Source: Candidatus Eiseniibacteriota bacterium
Lineage (GTDB): Bacteria; Eisenbacteria; RBG-16-71-46; DASYSL01
DNA: 64,000 nucleotides
Direction of reading: 5' to 3'
Assembly (NCBI GenBank): GCA_031431875.1
Contig: JANPEF010000008.1
Span: 27,120 to 91,119, forward strand
Shown: one piece after another, positions 40,104-50,260 of the stretch
Layout: each line of letters begins with the position of its first letter
How positions within the stretch are numbered: position 1 is the stretch's first letter
Notes under the pieces: model-generated
Seen by the model: only the letters and a program-made list of their open reading frames with translations
Database searches by the model: none
Told to the model about the DNA's origin: nothing
Program-made: the position numbers and the translations under genes

Positions 40104-41295
40104 GTCGCTGCTCGCCCACCCACAGTCGGCGGGGGCGCGGATCCCGGTGCTCCTCGTCGAGTCGGGGCGCACGTACGGGGGAACGGAGAAGGTCGTCACG
40201 GAGCTGGCGCGACGCATGGATCGCGCGCGCTTCCAGCCGTGGGTCGTCATCCCGCGGGCAAAGGCGCTGGATCGCATGGCCGAGGACCTGCGCGCCGCTG
40301 GCGTTCCGGTCGAGCGGCTCGACGAGATCACGAACCGGCTGCAGGCCGGCCGCGCGTGGAGCACACTGCGCTTCCTGTCGCGCCACCGGAGCGCGGTGTT
40401 GCATGTGCACCATGTCTGGCCGGCGGCAGACCGCTACCTCGTGCCGATCGCGCACGTGGCCGGGGTCCGCGCCGTGATCGTCACCGAGCACCTGGTCGGC
40501 TACGCGCACTCGAGCGGCCAGAAGTGGCTCAAGCGGCGCGAGCATGCGCGCGCCGACGAGGTCGTCTGCGTGAGCCGCGCCGTCGCGACGATGCTCGAGC
40601 GCGACTACGCGTTCGACTCCGAGCGCGGGCGCGTGATCGAGAACGGCGTCGACGCCATCGGGCTCGACCGGGCGCTTCCGCACGCCGCCGTCGAGCGGGC
40701 CCGGGTGCGCGCGGCGATGGGCGCGCCGGAGGGCACCTTCGTCTGGGCGTTCGTCGGGCGGCTCGAGACGCAGAAGGGGATCGATGTCCTGCTGGCGGCG
40801 CTTGCCGCGACGCCGGCGGGCGCGCGCGGCGAGAGCCGGCTGTGGATCGTCGGCGACGGCTCGCAGCGCGAGGCGCTGGAGGCGCAGGCGGCGGCGCTGG
40901 GCATCGCGTCGCGCGTGCGCTTCGCGGGCGCGGTGCATGACGCCGCGCCGTACCTGTGGGGCGCCGACGGATTCGCGCTGGCGTCGCGCTGGGAAGGATT
41001 GCCGCTGGCGCTGCTCGAGGCGCAGGCGGCCGGGTTGCCCGTCGTGGCCGCGGCGGCGGGCGGCATTCCCGAGGCGATCCGCGACGGGACGACCGGACTC
41101 CTCGTGCCGCGGGAGGACGCGACGGCGCTGGCCGCCGCGCTCGCGCGCATCGAGTCCGATCCGGAGCTGGCACGGCGGTTGGGCTACGAGGCGGCCCGGC
41201 AGGCGCGTGAGGAATGGAGTTGGGAACGCATGGTGAGCGCTTACGAGGTTCTCTACGAGCGGGCCTGGCGACGCACCGGTGGAGGGACCCGATGA
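40078..41295 (+). CDS. Glycosyltransferase family 4
   Basis: YGGTEK, GRLETQKG, SRWEGLPLALLEAQAAG. Confidence 0.9.
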   Translation: MSSSARTPESLLAHPQSAGARIPVLLVESGRTYGGTEKVVTELARRMDRARFQPWVVIPRAKALDRMAEDLRAAGVPVERLDEITNRLQAGRAWSTLRFLSRHRSAVLHVHHVWPAADRYLVPIAHVAGVRAVIVTEHLVGYAHSSGQKWLKRREHARADEVVCVSRAVATMLERDYAFDSERGRVIENGVDAIGLDRALPHAAVERARVRAAMGAPEGTFVWAFVGRLETQKGIDVLLAALAATPAGARGESRLWIVGDGSQREALEAQAAALGIASRVRFAGAVHDAAPYLWGADGFALASRWEGLPLALLEAQAAGLPVVAAAAGGIPEAIRDGTTGLLVPREDATALAAALARIESDPELARRLGYEAARQAREEWSWERMVSAYEVLYERAWRRTGGGTR

Positions 41296-42443
41296 ACGAC
41301 GAACGGAACGATCGACCCGGCGAGCGGGCGGCGACGCCGGGCGCGGCACAGTTGCATGGCTTCACGCTCGGCGTGGCGGTTGCCGGCTGTCGCGACGAGG
41401 CGCACCTGTCCCGCACGCTTGACGCCGTCGACCAGGCGCTGCTCGAGGCGGGAATCGCGCCGGTGGCGCGCGTGCTCGTCGCCAGCGAACACTCGGCTTC
41501 CGCCGAGGCGCGGGCGCAGGAACGGGGCTGGTCCTACCGGCGCATCCTGCCGGGATCGCCCCGCACGCGCGCGGCGGCCCGCGAGGCGGCACGGCGCGCG
41601 GCCGGCGGCACGGCGACCTTGGTGCTCGACGGCGACGTGGCGTTCGAGCCGGGATTCATCGGGCCCGCCCTCGCCGTCCTGTCCGAGCGCGAGGGCATCG
41701 GCGGCGTGGGCGGACGGATCGACGAGGCGCACTGGCGCGCGGGCGCGCTCGTCGGCACGCGCCGCGACGTCGAGGGCGTCGGGGCTGGAGGCCCGGCGAG
41801 CCGCCTGCGCGATGTCGCACTGTGGCGTCGCGACGCGGTCGACACCGTCGGCGGCTACGATCTGTGGGTGCCGTCGGGCGACGACGAGGAACTGACCGGG
41901 CGCTTGCGCATGGCCGGTTACGGCGTGGTGACGCTCGACGTGAAGGCCGGCGTGCGCCATGGTGCCGCGCGCGACTCGCGCGCCGAGTTCATGGCGCGCT
42001 TCGCCGGCGGCGAGATGAACGGGCCGGGCATCGTCCTGCGCCGCACGCGGGGAACCATGGCGTTCGGGGAACACCTGCGCCGCTCGGCCGGGCGCCTGGC
42101 GCTCGTCGCCTGGTTCATCGTCGGCGCCGTGGCCGCGATCGCGGGAGCGGCGGCGGGGCTGGGCACGATCTGGTCCTACGTCACGGCCGGCATGCTCGCC
42201 TTCTTCGCCGTGCTGAGGCTGTCCTTGCCGCGCGCGTTCTGGCGCGGGCTCACGCGCGCGCTCGAGGGCCTTGGCATCGTGCGCAATCTCGTGCTGCCGG
42301 TGGCGCTGCCGCGCGTCGGAGCGCCGCCACGGCCGATCGCGCCGCCCCGCGAGTCCGCGGCCGAGGGGCGGGGCGTGGGGGGCGAGCCGCGGCCGCACGA
42401 GCGCGATCCGGACGAGCCGCCGCCGATCGTCCGGCGGGCGTGA
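41292..42443 (+). CDS. Divergent GT2-like glycosyltransferase with C-terminal TMs
   Basis: LDGD DxD-like motif, GGVGGRI, VGGYD..DDEE; GGAGG SD; paralog of the next gene. Confidence 0.65.
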   Translation: MNDERNDRPGERAATPGAAQLHGFTLGVAVAGCRDEAHLSRTLDAVDQALLEAGIAPVARVLVASEHSASAEARAQERGWSYRRILPGSPRTRAAAREAARRAAGGTATLVLDGDVAFEPGFIGPALAVLSEREGIGGVGGRIDEAHWRAGALVGTRRDVEGVGAGGPASRLRDVALWRRDAVDTVGGYDLWVPSGDDEELTGRLRMAGYGVVTLDVKAGVRHGAARDSRAEFMARFAGGEMNGPGIVLRRTRGTMAFGEHLRRSAGRLALVAWFIVGAVAAIAGAAAGLGTIWSYVTAGMLAFFAVLRLSLPRAFWRGLTRALEGLGIVRNLVLPVALPRVGAPPRPIAPPRESAAEGRGVGGEPRPHERDPDEPPPIVRRA

Positions 42444-43408
42444 GCGCGCCGATCGTCCGCGCGGTCGTCGTCGCGTGGGGACGCAGCGACGGTCTTGGCG
42501 CGTGCCTCGATGCGATCGATGCGGCTGGCGCCGTGGCCGCCGTCGCGCTCGAGACGGTCGTCGTGCTTGCGCCGGGGGACGGCGCCGGCGCGGCTGTGGC
42601 ACAGCGGCCAGGGGTGCGCGTCATCGTGCCCGCTGCGGGGGAGTCGCACACCCCCGGAGCCAACCGCAATCGCGGGGCGGCCGGCGCGAGCACGCCGTAC
42701 CTCGCGTTCGTCGACGGCGACGCGCGACTCGAGCCGGCGTTCGTCGCGGCAGCGCTGGCGCGACTGGCGACGGCACCGGAACTCGGCGGCGTGGGTGGCA
42801 GGATTCGCGAGCGGCAGTGGCAGGACGGGCGCGTCGTGCGCACGATCGAGGATTCGTACAAGAGTGGCGTCGGCGGCGCAGTCGAGATGCTCGCCACCGC
42901 GTGGATCGCGCGGCGCAGCGCGTTCGAGGCGGTCGGCGGGTTCGATCCGCGCCTGCCGGCCGAAGAGGACGTCGAGTTGTCCATCCGCCTCGCGGCGGCG
43001 GGCCATCCACTCGAGGCACTCGATCAGGTTGCAGCCGATCACGACTGTCCACCGCGGCCCAGCCTCGCCGAGTTCCGGCGCCGCTGGGGCAGCGGGTTGT
43101 ATGCCGGGCAGGGGTTGCTGCTCCGGTCCGCCTGGGGCACGCCGTACTTCGCGCGTCACCTGGCACGGCAGCGGCTGTACCTGGCGGCGCTTGCATTCGT
43201 GCTCGTGGGGGTGGCGCTCGCGCTCGGCACGGGCGCACTCTCTCCCGCGTTCGCGGTGTGGAGTGCGCTCGCCGCTCTGGTCCTGTTGGCGATGGCGCTG
43301 AGGAAGCGCAACTTCGTTCACGGCGTTCTTGCTGTCGCGACGTGGGTGCTCCTGGGGTTCGGCATCGTGCGGGCGTGGATCGTCGGTCCGCGCCGTGGGG
43401 GATCCTGA
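42440..43408 (+). CDS. GT2 glycosyltransferase with C-terminal TMs
   Basis: NRNRG, FVDGD, GGVGGRI, VGGFD..EEDVEL. Confidence 0.82.
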   Translation: MSAPIVRAVVVAWGRSDGLGACLDAIDAAGAVAAVALETVVVLAPGDGAGAAVAQRPGVRVIVPAAGESHTPGANRNRGAAGASTPYLAFVDGDARLEPAFVAAALARLATAPELGGVGGRIRERQWQDGRVVRTIEDSYKSGVGGAVEMLATAWIARRSAFEAVGGFDPRLPAEEDVELSIRLAAAGHPLEALDQVAADHDCPPRPSLAEFRRRWGSGLYAGQGLLLRSAWGTPYFARHLARQRLYLAALAFVLVGVALALGTGALSPAFAVWSALAALVLLAMALRKRNFVHGVLAVATWVLLGFGIVRAWIVGPRRGGS

Positions 43409-43410
43409 GG

Positions 43411-44628
43411 GTGCGCGTGCAGGGCGTGGTCGACAACAACGTCTGGCCGCCGCGCATGGGGCACACGGTGCGCGTCTGGCACCTGTACCGCGAGCTGGCG
43501 CGGCGACCGGGCGTGACCCGCGTGGGCGTGATCGCCGCGCTCAAGTCGCGCGAGCGTGCGGCGGCGCGGGAGGAGCGCGACGGCGTCGCCATCGCGCGCA
43601 TCCGGCCGGGGCACCCGACCCTGTTCGCCTGGCTCGAGCGGCTGGGGATCGCGCCGCTGTCGGCGACGGCCGAGGGCTACCGGCGCTTCCCGGGACCGTT
43701 CGCCCGGGCGTGGGACGAACGGGCCGACGTGTTCGAGGTCGACAGCCTGCCGCTGTCGCCGCTGTTGCGTCACGCACCGCGAGGAGCGCTCAAGGTGTAC
43801 GGATCGCAGAATGTCGAGATCGAGTGGGTCGAGCGCGTGGGGTCGCCCGTGGCGCGTCGTCCGCGCTGGGCACGCTGGCTCGAGGGCCTCGAGCGCGAGG
43901 CGCTGGCCGCGGCGGACCTCGTCGTCGCGGTGAGCGCCGCCGATCGCGACAGCTTCGTTGCCCGCTACGGCACGTCGCCGGAGAAGATCGCGGTGGTCGA
44001 GAACGGCTTCGACGCCTCGGGCCTGCGCCCGCCGTCGCCCGCGGAGAAAGCGGGCGCGCGCGCCGCGCTCGGTATCGCCGCCGACGAGCGCGGGCTGGTC
44101 TTCGTCGGCACCGACTTCGAGCACAACCGCCGTGCGGTCGAGGACCTGTTCCGCACCGTCGTGCCCGCGCTGCCACAGCTTGCGGCGCGCCTGTGGATCG
44201 TGGGTGACGTGAGCGTGAGCTTTCGCGCCCGCGCTGCCCGTGAGGCCGGCGGTCGCGTGCGCGCCGTGCCCGAGCAGAGCGACCTGTTGCCGTGGCTGTG
44301 GGGCTGCGACGTCGGCCTCAACCCGATCACCACCGGCGCGGGCTCGAACGTGAAGCTGCCGACCTACCTCGCCGCCGGGCTCGACGTCGTGACCACGCCG
44401 TTCGGCGCCCGCGGGTTCGAGCGTCTGGCCGCGCACGTCACCGCCGCCGCGATCGACGCCTTTCCCGCGGCCATCGCCGCGACCGCCGCCGCCGCGGGCG
44501 GGCGCGACCTGGCCGCGCGCGCGCAGGCCCTGGCCGCGTTCGCATGGAGCGTGCAGGCGGAGCGCCTGCACGCGGCCTACAGCGCAGCGATCGCCGCCCG
44601 CGCGGGCGGGGCGGGGGACGCCCGATGA
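43411..44628 (+). CDS. Glycosyltransferase family 4 (group 1)
   Basis: WPPRMG, QNVE, VENG, GAGSNVKLPTYLAAG, TTPFGARG. Confidence 0.8.
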   Translation: MRVQGVVDNNVWPPRMGHTVRVWHLYRELARRPGVTRVGVIAALKSRERAAAREERDGVAIARIRPGHPTLFAWLERLGIAPLSATAEGYRRFPGPFARAWDERADVFEVDSLPLSPLLRHAPRGALKVYGSQNVEIEWVERVGSPVARRPRWARWLEGLEREALAAADLVVAVSAADRDSFVARYGTSPEKIAVVENGFDASGLRPPSPAEKAGARAALGIAADERGLVFVGTDFEHNRRAVEDLFRTVVPALPQLAARLWIVGDVSVSFRARAAREAGGRVRAVPEQSDLLPWLWGCDVGLNPITTGAGSNVKLPTYLAAGLDVVTTPFGARGFERLAAHVTAAAIDAFPAAIAATAAAAGGRDLAARAQALAAFAWSVQAERLHAAYSAAIAARAGGAGDAR

Positions 44629-45896
44629 AGATCCTCGCCGCCCACAAGTACGGCTGGGCCAAGGCCGGCGCCGAGACGTACCTGTTCGCCCTCGAGCGCC
44701 TGCTCACGGCGGCCGGGCATGAGGTGATTCCGTTCACCATGGCCGATCCGCGCAACCGGCCGTCGCCGTGGTCGCGGCACTTCGTGAGCCCGGTCGAGTT
44801 TCGCGGTCGCCGCGACTGGCTCGCCGACGTGGGCCGCGCCGCGCGGGTGATCTACAGCCACGAGGCGCGCGCGAAGCTGCAGGCGCTGCTGGCCGAGGCG
44901 GAGCCCGACGTCGCCCACCTGCACAACATCGCGCACCAGCTCTCGCCGTCGATCCTCGATGCGCTCGCCGCGCGCGACGTCCCGATCGTCCAGACCATCC
45001 ACGACTACAAGAACCTGTGCCCGGTCTACACGTTCCGCTCGCAGGGCGAGACCTGCGAGCGCTGCAAGGGCGGCCGCTTCTACCACGCGCTCACGCGGCG
45101 CTGCAATGCGGGCTCGCTGCCGCTGTCGGCCGTGAGCATGGCCGAGGCGTACGTCCACGCCTGGCGTGGCTCCTACGATCGCGTCCACGTGTTCCACTGC
45201 CCGAGCCTGTTCGTCTTCGCCAAGATGCTCGAGTTCGGTGTGGCCCGCGAACGGCTCGCCTTCGTGCCGCACTTCGTCGACGCGGCCGCGTTCACGCCGC
45301 TGTACGGCGGCGGGGACTATGCGTTCTTCGCCGGGCGGCTGGCCGAGGAGAAGGGTGTGCGCACGCTCCTCGCCGCGCACGCCGCCGCACGCGGGTTGGA
45401 GCTGGTGATCGCCGGCGAGGGGCCGCTGCGTGCGGAGCTCGAGGCCGCGCTCACGCCGGAGCAGCGCGGACGCGTACGTTTCCTCGGCCACCTGACCGGC
45501 GAGGCCTACGACGCAGCGTGGGCCGGTGCGGCCTGCCTGGTGCTGCCGAGCACGTGGTACGAGGTGCGGCCGATGGCGATCCACGAGGCGTACGCGCGCG
45601 GCAAGGCCGTCGTCTCGACGCGGATCGGCTCGATTCCAGAGATCGTCGAGGACGGCGTGACCGGCCGGCTGGTGCCGCCCGACGACGCTGCGGCGCTGGC
45701 CGAGGCGATGCGCGAGCTGGTGACCGATCGCGCGCGGGCCGAGGAGATGGGCCGCGCCGGGCGCGCCCTGGTCGAGCGCGACTACGGGCCGGCGCCGCAC
45801 CTGGCCGCGATGCTCGCCGTCTACGCGCAGTCCCAGGCGATCGCGCGCGGCCCGTCTACCGCCGCGCGCGCGGGCTCCGGGGGGGCGGCCGCATGA
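44625..45896 (+). CDS. Glycosyltransferase family 4
   Basis: AGAETY, HLHNIAHQLSPS, TIHDYKNLCP, GRLAEEKG, YEVRPMAIHEA. Confidence 0.9.
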   Translation: MKILAAHKYGWAKAGAETYLFALERLLTAAGHEVIPFTMADPRNRPSPWSRHFVSPVEFRGRRDWLADVGRAARVIYSHEARAKLQALLAEAEPDVAHLHNIAHQLSPSILDALAARDVPIVQTIHDYKNLCPVYTFRSQGETCERCKGGRFYHALTRRCNAGSLPLSAVSMAEAYVHAWRGSYDRVHVFHCPSLFVFAKMLEFGVARERLAFVPHFVDAAAFTPLYGGGDYAFFAGRLAEEKGVRTLLAAHAAARGLELVIAGEGPLRAELEAALTPEQRGRVRFLGHLTGEAYDAAWAGAACLVLPSTWYEVRPMAIHEAYARGKAVVSTRIGSIPEIVEDGVTGRLVPPDDAAALAEAMRELVTDRARAEEMGRAGRALVERDYGPAPHLAAMLAVYAQSQAIARGPSTAARAGSGGAAA

Positions 45897-47011
45897 AGAT
45901 CGCGATGATCGGGCAGAAGGGGATTCCCGCGCTGTACGGCGGCATCGAGCGGCACGTCGAGGAGATCGCGCGCCGTCTCGTGGCCAAGGGTCACGAGGTC
46001 ACGGTCTACTGCCGCCTGCACTACACGGCCGAGGACGGGCCGTTCCACGGGATCGAGCTGGTGCGCCTGCCCAGCCTGCGCACCAAGCACCTGGACACCA
46101 TCACGCACGTCGCCTTGTCGACCGCGCACGCGCTGACCCGCGACTACGACGTGCTGCACTTCCACGCGCTGGGGCCGTCGCTGTTCGCCGGGCCGGCGCA
46201 CCTGCTGGGGCGCCCGACGGTCGTGACCGTGCACGGGCTCGACTGGCAGCGCGAGAAGTGGGGCAAGTTCGCGCAGTGGGCGCTGCGGCGCTGCGAGGGG
46301 CCGGCCGTGCGCTTCCCGGACCGCACGATCGTCGTGTCGCAGACCCTGCGCGAGTACTTCGCCGCGCACTACGGACGCGACACGGTGACCATTCCCAACG
46401 GCACCGTGCTGCCGGATTCCCGACCGCCGCTCAAGCTCGACCGCTTCGGGCTCGAGGCCGGGCGCTACGTGCTGTTCGTCGGCCGCCTCGTGCCTGAGAA
46501 GGGCGTGCACTTCCTGTGCGAGGCGTGGTCGCGGCTCGACACCGACCTGACGCTCGCAATCTGCGGCGGCTCGGCGGCATCCGAGGATTACGTCGCGCAG
46601 ATCAAGCGCTTCGCCGGTCCGCGGGTCAAGCTGCTCGACTACGTCTACGGCGAGCCGCTCGAGGAGCTCTACTCGAACGCCTACGCGGTGTGCCTGCCGT
46701 CGACGATCGAGGGACTGTCGCTCGTGCTGCTCGAGGCGCTGTCGTACGGGCGCTGCGTGCTGGTCTCGGACATTCCCGAAAACGTCGAGGTCACGCGCGA
46801 CGCCGCCCCGACGTTCCGCTCGAAGGACGTCGACGACCTGGCCCGCCAGCTCGGCCGCCTGCTCGCCGAGCCCGCGACCGTCCACGCCTACGAGGCGAGG
46901 GCCCGGGACCACATCGCCGCCCACTATTCGTGGGACCGCGTGGTCGATGCGACGGTCGAGGTCTACGCCGAGGTGGTGCAGGCGCGGCGGGGGCTGCGGC
47001 GCAAGGGTTGA
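45893..47011 (+). CDS. Glycosyltransferase family 4
   Basis: GQKGIPALYGGIERHVEE, HGLDWQREKW, GRLVPEKG, EGLSLVLLEA. Confidence 0.92.
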   Translation: MKIAMIGQKGIPALYGGIERHVEEIARRLVAKGHEVTVYCRLHYTAEDGPFHGIELVRLPSLRTKHLDTITHVALSTAHALTRDYDVLHFHALGPSLFAGPAHLLGRPTVVTVHGLDWQREKWGKFAQWALRRCEGPAVRFPDRTIVVSQTLREYFAAHYGRDTVTIPNGTVLPDSRPPLKLDRFGLEAGRYVLFVGRLVPEKGVHFLCEAWSRLDTDLTLAICGGSAASEDYVAQIKRFAGPRVKLLDYVYGEPLEELYSNAYAVCLPSTIEGLSLVLLEALSYGRCVLVSDIPENVEVTRDAAPTFRSKDVDDLARQLGRLLAEPATVHAYEARARDHIAAHYSWDRVVDATVEVYAEVVQARRGLRRKG

Positions 47012-47036
47012 CAGCCGGCCCGCGGCGGAGTACCAA
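47008..47036 (+). promoter_or_regulatory. Sigma70-type promoter, probable leaderless transcript
   Basis: TTGACA-N17-TACCAA then 6 nt to ATG 47043. Confidence 0.45.
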
Positions 47037-47042
47037 CGTCGC

Positions 47043-47534
47043 ATGCTCGCCCGCCCCGGATTCCGCCAGCTCGTCGACTGGCGCGCCGCCATCATTGCCG
47101 GATTGATCGCCGGCGTCGCGTTCTTCCTCCTGCAGATGGCGCTCACCGCGCAGCTCCTGGGCACCCCGTGGGTGTTCGCGCGCATGACCGCCGCCATGGT
47201 GCTGGGCCGCGGCGTGCTGCCACCGCCGGCCACCTTCGACGCCGGGGTCGTGGCCGTCGCCTTCGGGCTGCACATGCTGCTGGCGCTGACCTACACCGCG
47301 CTGATCGCGTTCATCCTGCATCGCTGGGGGCTGCTCGTCGGGATCGTCGGCGGGGCGCTGCTGGGACTCGCGCTCTTTGCGATCAATTTTGGAACGATGG
47401 CGTGGTGCTTCCCGTGGTTTCTCGATCTCAAGGGCGGGATCGTCCTCGTCTCGCACGTCGTCTTCGGCGCACTGGCCGGCGGCGTCTACGAACTGCTCGA
47501 GGTCGAGCGCTTCGTTCCCGAGGAGGCGCGCTGA
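47043..47534 (+). CDS. Hypothetical 4-TM membrane protein
   Basis: Four hydrophobic helices with intramembrane His (GLHM, SHVVFG); stop overlaps the next ATG. Confidence 0.75.
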   Translation: MLARPGFRQLVDWRAAIIAGLIAGVAFFLLQMALTAQLLGTPWVFARMTAAMVLGRGVLPPPATFDAGVVAVAFGLHMLLALTYTALIAFILHRWGLLVGIVGGALLGLALFAINFGTMAWCFPWFLDLKGGIVLVSHVVFGALAGGVYELLEVERFVPEEAR

Positions 47535-48379
47535 TGGCCGCCGATCGCCCGCAGCGATCCCGCGGCGCCCGCGGCTGCGGCGGCCCACGCCTGCTGCTCG
47601 GCCTTGCCTTTGCGGGCTTCGCCCTGTTCTCGTACTTCGGGCAGCGCTCGACGAATCCGATCACCGGCGAGGAACAGCACATCGCGATCACCGCCGAGCA
47701 GGAGGTGGCACTCGGCCTGCAGGCCGTGCCCGAGATGATGGCGACCTACGGCGGCGTGAGCCGGAACATCGACGCCCTGCGCGCCGTGCAGGCGGTCGGC
47801 AACCGTATCGTCGAGCGCACCGCGGCCGCCCGCTCGGAGTACGAGTTCACCTTCACGCTCCTGGCGGATCCGAGGACGGTCAACGCGTTCGCGCTGCCGG
47901 GTGGGCCGGTCTTCATCACCGAGGCCCTGCTGGCGCGACTGTCGACCGAGGGGCAACTCGCCGGGGTGCTGGGGCACGAGGTGGGGCACGTGATCGCCCG
48001 CCACAGCGCCGAGCAGATCTCGAAGCAGCAACTGACGCAGGGGCTGACCGGCGCGCTGGTGCTGTCGACCTACGATCCGTCGGACCCGTCGAGCCAGGGT
48101 GCGGCGCAGATGGGCATGCTGGTGGCGAACCTGGTCTCGCTCAAGTACGGGCGCGACGACGAGCTCGAGGCCGACCGCCTGGGCGTGCGCCTCATGGCCG
48201 ACGCCGGGTACGACCCGCGCGCGCTGATCGCCGTCATGAAGGTGCTGAGCGAGGCGGGCGGCGGCGGTTCACCCGAGTTCATGAGCACGCACCCCGATCC
48301 CGGCAACCGCGCCCAGCGGATCGAGGAGGCGATCGCCGCCGAGTTCCCGCAGGGCTTGCCGACGGAGCTCACTCCCTAG
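47534..48379 (+). CDS. M48 family zinc metallopeptidase
   Basis: VNAFALPGG, HEVGH (HExxH), ELEAD, AGYDP, STHP. Confidence 0.92.
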   Translation: MAADRPQRSRGARGCGGPRLLLGLAFAGFALFSYFGQRSTNPITGEEQHIAITAEQEVALGLQAVPEMMATYGGVSRNIDALRAVQAVGNRIVERTAAARSEYEFTFTLLADPRTVNAFALPGGPVFITEALLARLSTEGQLAGVLGHEVGHVIARHSAEQISKQQLTQGLTGALVLSTYDPSDPSSQGAAQMGMLVANLVSLKYGRDDELEADRLGVRLMADAGYDPRALIAVMKVLSEAGGGGSPEFMSTHPDPGNRAQRIEEAIAAEFPQGLPTELTP

Positions 48380-49964
48380 AGTTCGAGGGACTCACCGTGA
48401 CGCGCCAGAGGCCGCCGTAGGCGTGACTCCACATCCGCTCGGCGTGGCCGTGCTCCCCGAGCAACGCCGGTCCCGGTTCGTAGCTCGAAAACACCGGGCG
48501 CCCCGCGGCCTGCGCCTCGCGCGCCATGCGTTGGAAGCGCGGAGCGAAACCGCAGGCATACGCGATCTGGACGTCCGGCCGAAGCGTCTCCCCGAACACG
48601 AAGTAGCGGAGCACCGTCGCCTCCCGCCAGCAAGTGAGAACCACGGCTCCCGGCGGGAGCCGCGCCATCACTCCGCGACCGTACTCGTCCCACGAACGAT
48701 CGTTCACGAAGGGAGACCACTCGGCGGGGACGAGGCCCCACAGGGACGTGATCATGGTCGCCCGCGGCAGGCCCGGCGGGGGCGCGGACACGCAGACCCG
48801 CGTCAGCGGGGCGGCGACCAGCAAGAGGGCGAGCCCGGCCGCAAGCCCGACCCCGCGGCGGCGAAGGGCCGCGACGGCGGCGGCGAGCCCCAGCGCGAGC
48901 ACGAACGATCCGGGCAGGAAGAAGATGCGCGACATGAGCGGCGTCGCGCCGACCGCGACGAACGCGGCCGCGCCGACGACCCAGGCCGCCAACACGAGCG
49001 CGACCGCATCGCGCCGCAGGACGACGAGCGCGAGGCCGAACGCGGCGAGCAGGGCCGTGCCGAACGGAAACTCGTTGAGCACGAGGTCGAGCATGAGGTT
49101 GGCGCTCCGTCGTGGCAGCGAGCCCAGCGCGTCGAATCCGCCGTCGAGCAGGTACTGCCGCCCGCTCAGGAGCCAGGTGAAGCGCTCGAGGCGCTGTGGC
49201 GGGGACGGATGCGCACCGGCGAACGAGACGAGAGCCGGGTCGAGCGAGTCCGCGAGGTAGTTCATCGGCTGCGTCGCCTGGTCCATGGCGAGCAGGTAGA
49301 GGAACGGCAGCAGCCCGACGGCGACGCCGCCGACAGTCGAGGCGACGTAGCTCGCGCGGAGCGCGCCGCGGCGCGCCGTGAGGAACGCGACCGCCGCCAG
49401 CGGGAAGGCGAGGCTGAGGCAGGTCAGGTGGCTGGTCAGCGCGATCCCGAATAGAGCCCCGATGGCGAAGGCAACTCGCGACCCCGGCACCCGGGCGAAT
49501 CGCAGGGCGAGGAGCAGGATCGTCGCGTCGAGCGCCAGCGTGAAGGAGTGGACGCCGGCGTGAGTGCTCTCCTCCCAGAGCGTGAAGGAGAGTGCGAAAG
49601 CCGCGGCGCTCGCGGCCCCCGCGAGCGCGCTGCGGGTGAGGCGCGTGCCGATGTAGGCGGCCAGGCCGGCGGCGGCGGCGCCCGAGACCGCCGAGAACAG
49701 GTTCGCCTTGAACGGCAGCGTGCCGAAGGGCAGGTGGGCGAAGAGCTGCAGGAGGAGCACGACCGTGGGGTATCCCGCGTGGGCGATGCCGCCGGTGCGC
49801 GCAAGCGTCTGAAACTGCGCGGGATCGTGCGAGCCGACGAAGGTCCCGGCGGTCGCCGCATAGACTGCGAGGGTCGCGAGGCCGACCAGGATCCCGGTTC
49901 GCGCGGCCGGAACGTTCGGCGCCCAGAAACCTGCGAGGCCGTCGTCGTGAGCGTGGTCGGTCAT
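48369..49964 (-). CDS. DUF2723 (TMEM260-like) GT-C membrane protein
   Basis: HDPAQFQ..GIAHAGYP, NLFSA, FSFTLWEES..GVHSF, HLT. Confidence 0.75.
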   Translation of the reverse strand: MTDHAHDDGLAGFWAPNVPAARTGILVGLATLAVYAATAGTFVGSHDPAQFQTLARTGGIAHAGYPTVVLLLQLFAHLPFGTLPFKANLFSAVSGAAAAGLAAYIGTRLTRSALAGAASAAAFALSFTLWEESTHAGVHSFTLALDATILLLALRFARVPGSRVAFAIGALFGIALTSHLTCLSLAFPLAAVAFLTARRGALRASYVASTVGGVAVGLLPFLYLLAMDQATQPMNYLADSLDPALVSFAGAHPSPPQRLERFTWLLSGRQYLLDGGFDALGSLPRRSANLMLDLVLNEFPFGTALLAAFGLALVVLRRDAVALVLAAWVVGAAAFVAVGATPLMSRIFFLPGSFVLALGLAAAVAALRRRGVGLAAGLALLLVAAPLTRVCVSAPPPGLPRATMITSLWGLVPAEWSPFVNDRSWDEYGRGVMARLPPGAVVLTCWREATVLRYFVFGETLRPDVQIAYACGFAPRFQRMAREAQAAGRPVFSSYEPGPALLGEHGHAERMWSHAYGGLWRVTVSPSNSRE

Positions 49965-50230
49965 GGCGCGAGATGTTAGCACGAGCCGACCGGCCTCGCG
50001 ACGTCGACCGACGGATCGAGGCGCCGGACGAGTTCGCCGTCCTCGATCTCCCCAGCGTGGCGAAGCGATGCACCCCGAGGCGGCGTCGCGTCCCCGAATC
50101 CGCCCCAGGTCGATGAACGCGCGCTGGGCCGGCATGCGTGCGACGTGCGCAGGATGCTGTCGGGCTGCGTGTATGGGACCGGCAACACGGGCGCAAGGCA
50201 CACGCCGAGCGCGGCGGCCCCGAGGCCGTC

Positions 50231-50260
50231 GGACCGACCCGGACCGACCCGGACCGACCG
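50231..50260 (+). repeat. 10-bp tandem repeat x3 (GGACCGACCC)
   Basis: ggaccgaccc ggaccgaccc ggaccgaccg. Confidence 0.8.

Noticed and set aside
50231..50260. GGACCGACCC x3 as a CRISPR array or iteron
   Set aside because: No spacers, only 30 bp, no cas or rep gene; a simple slippage repeat
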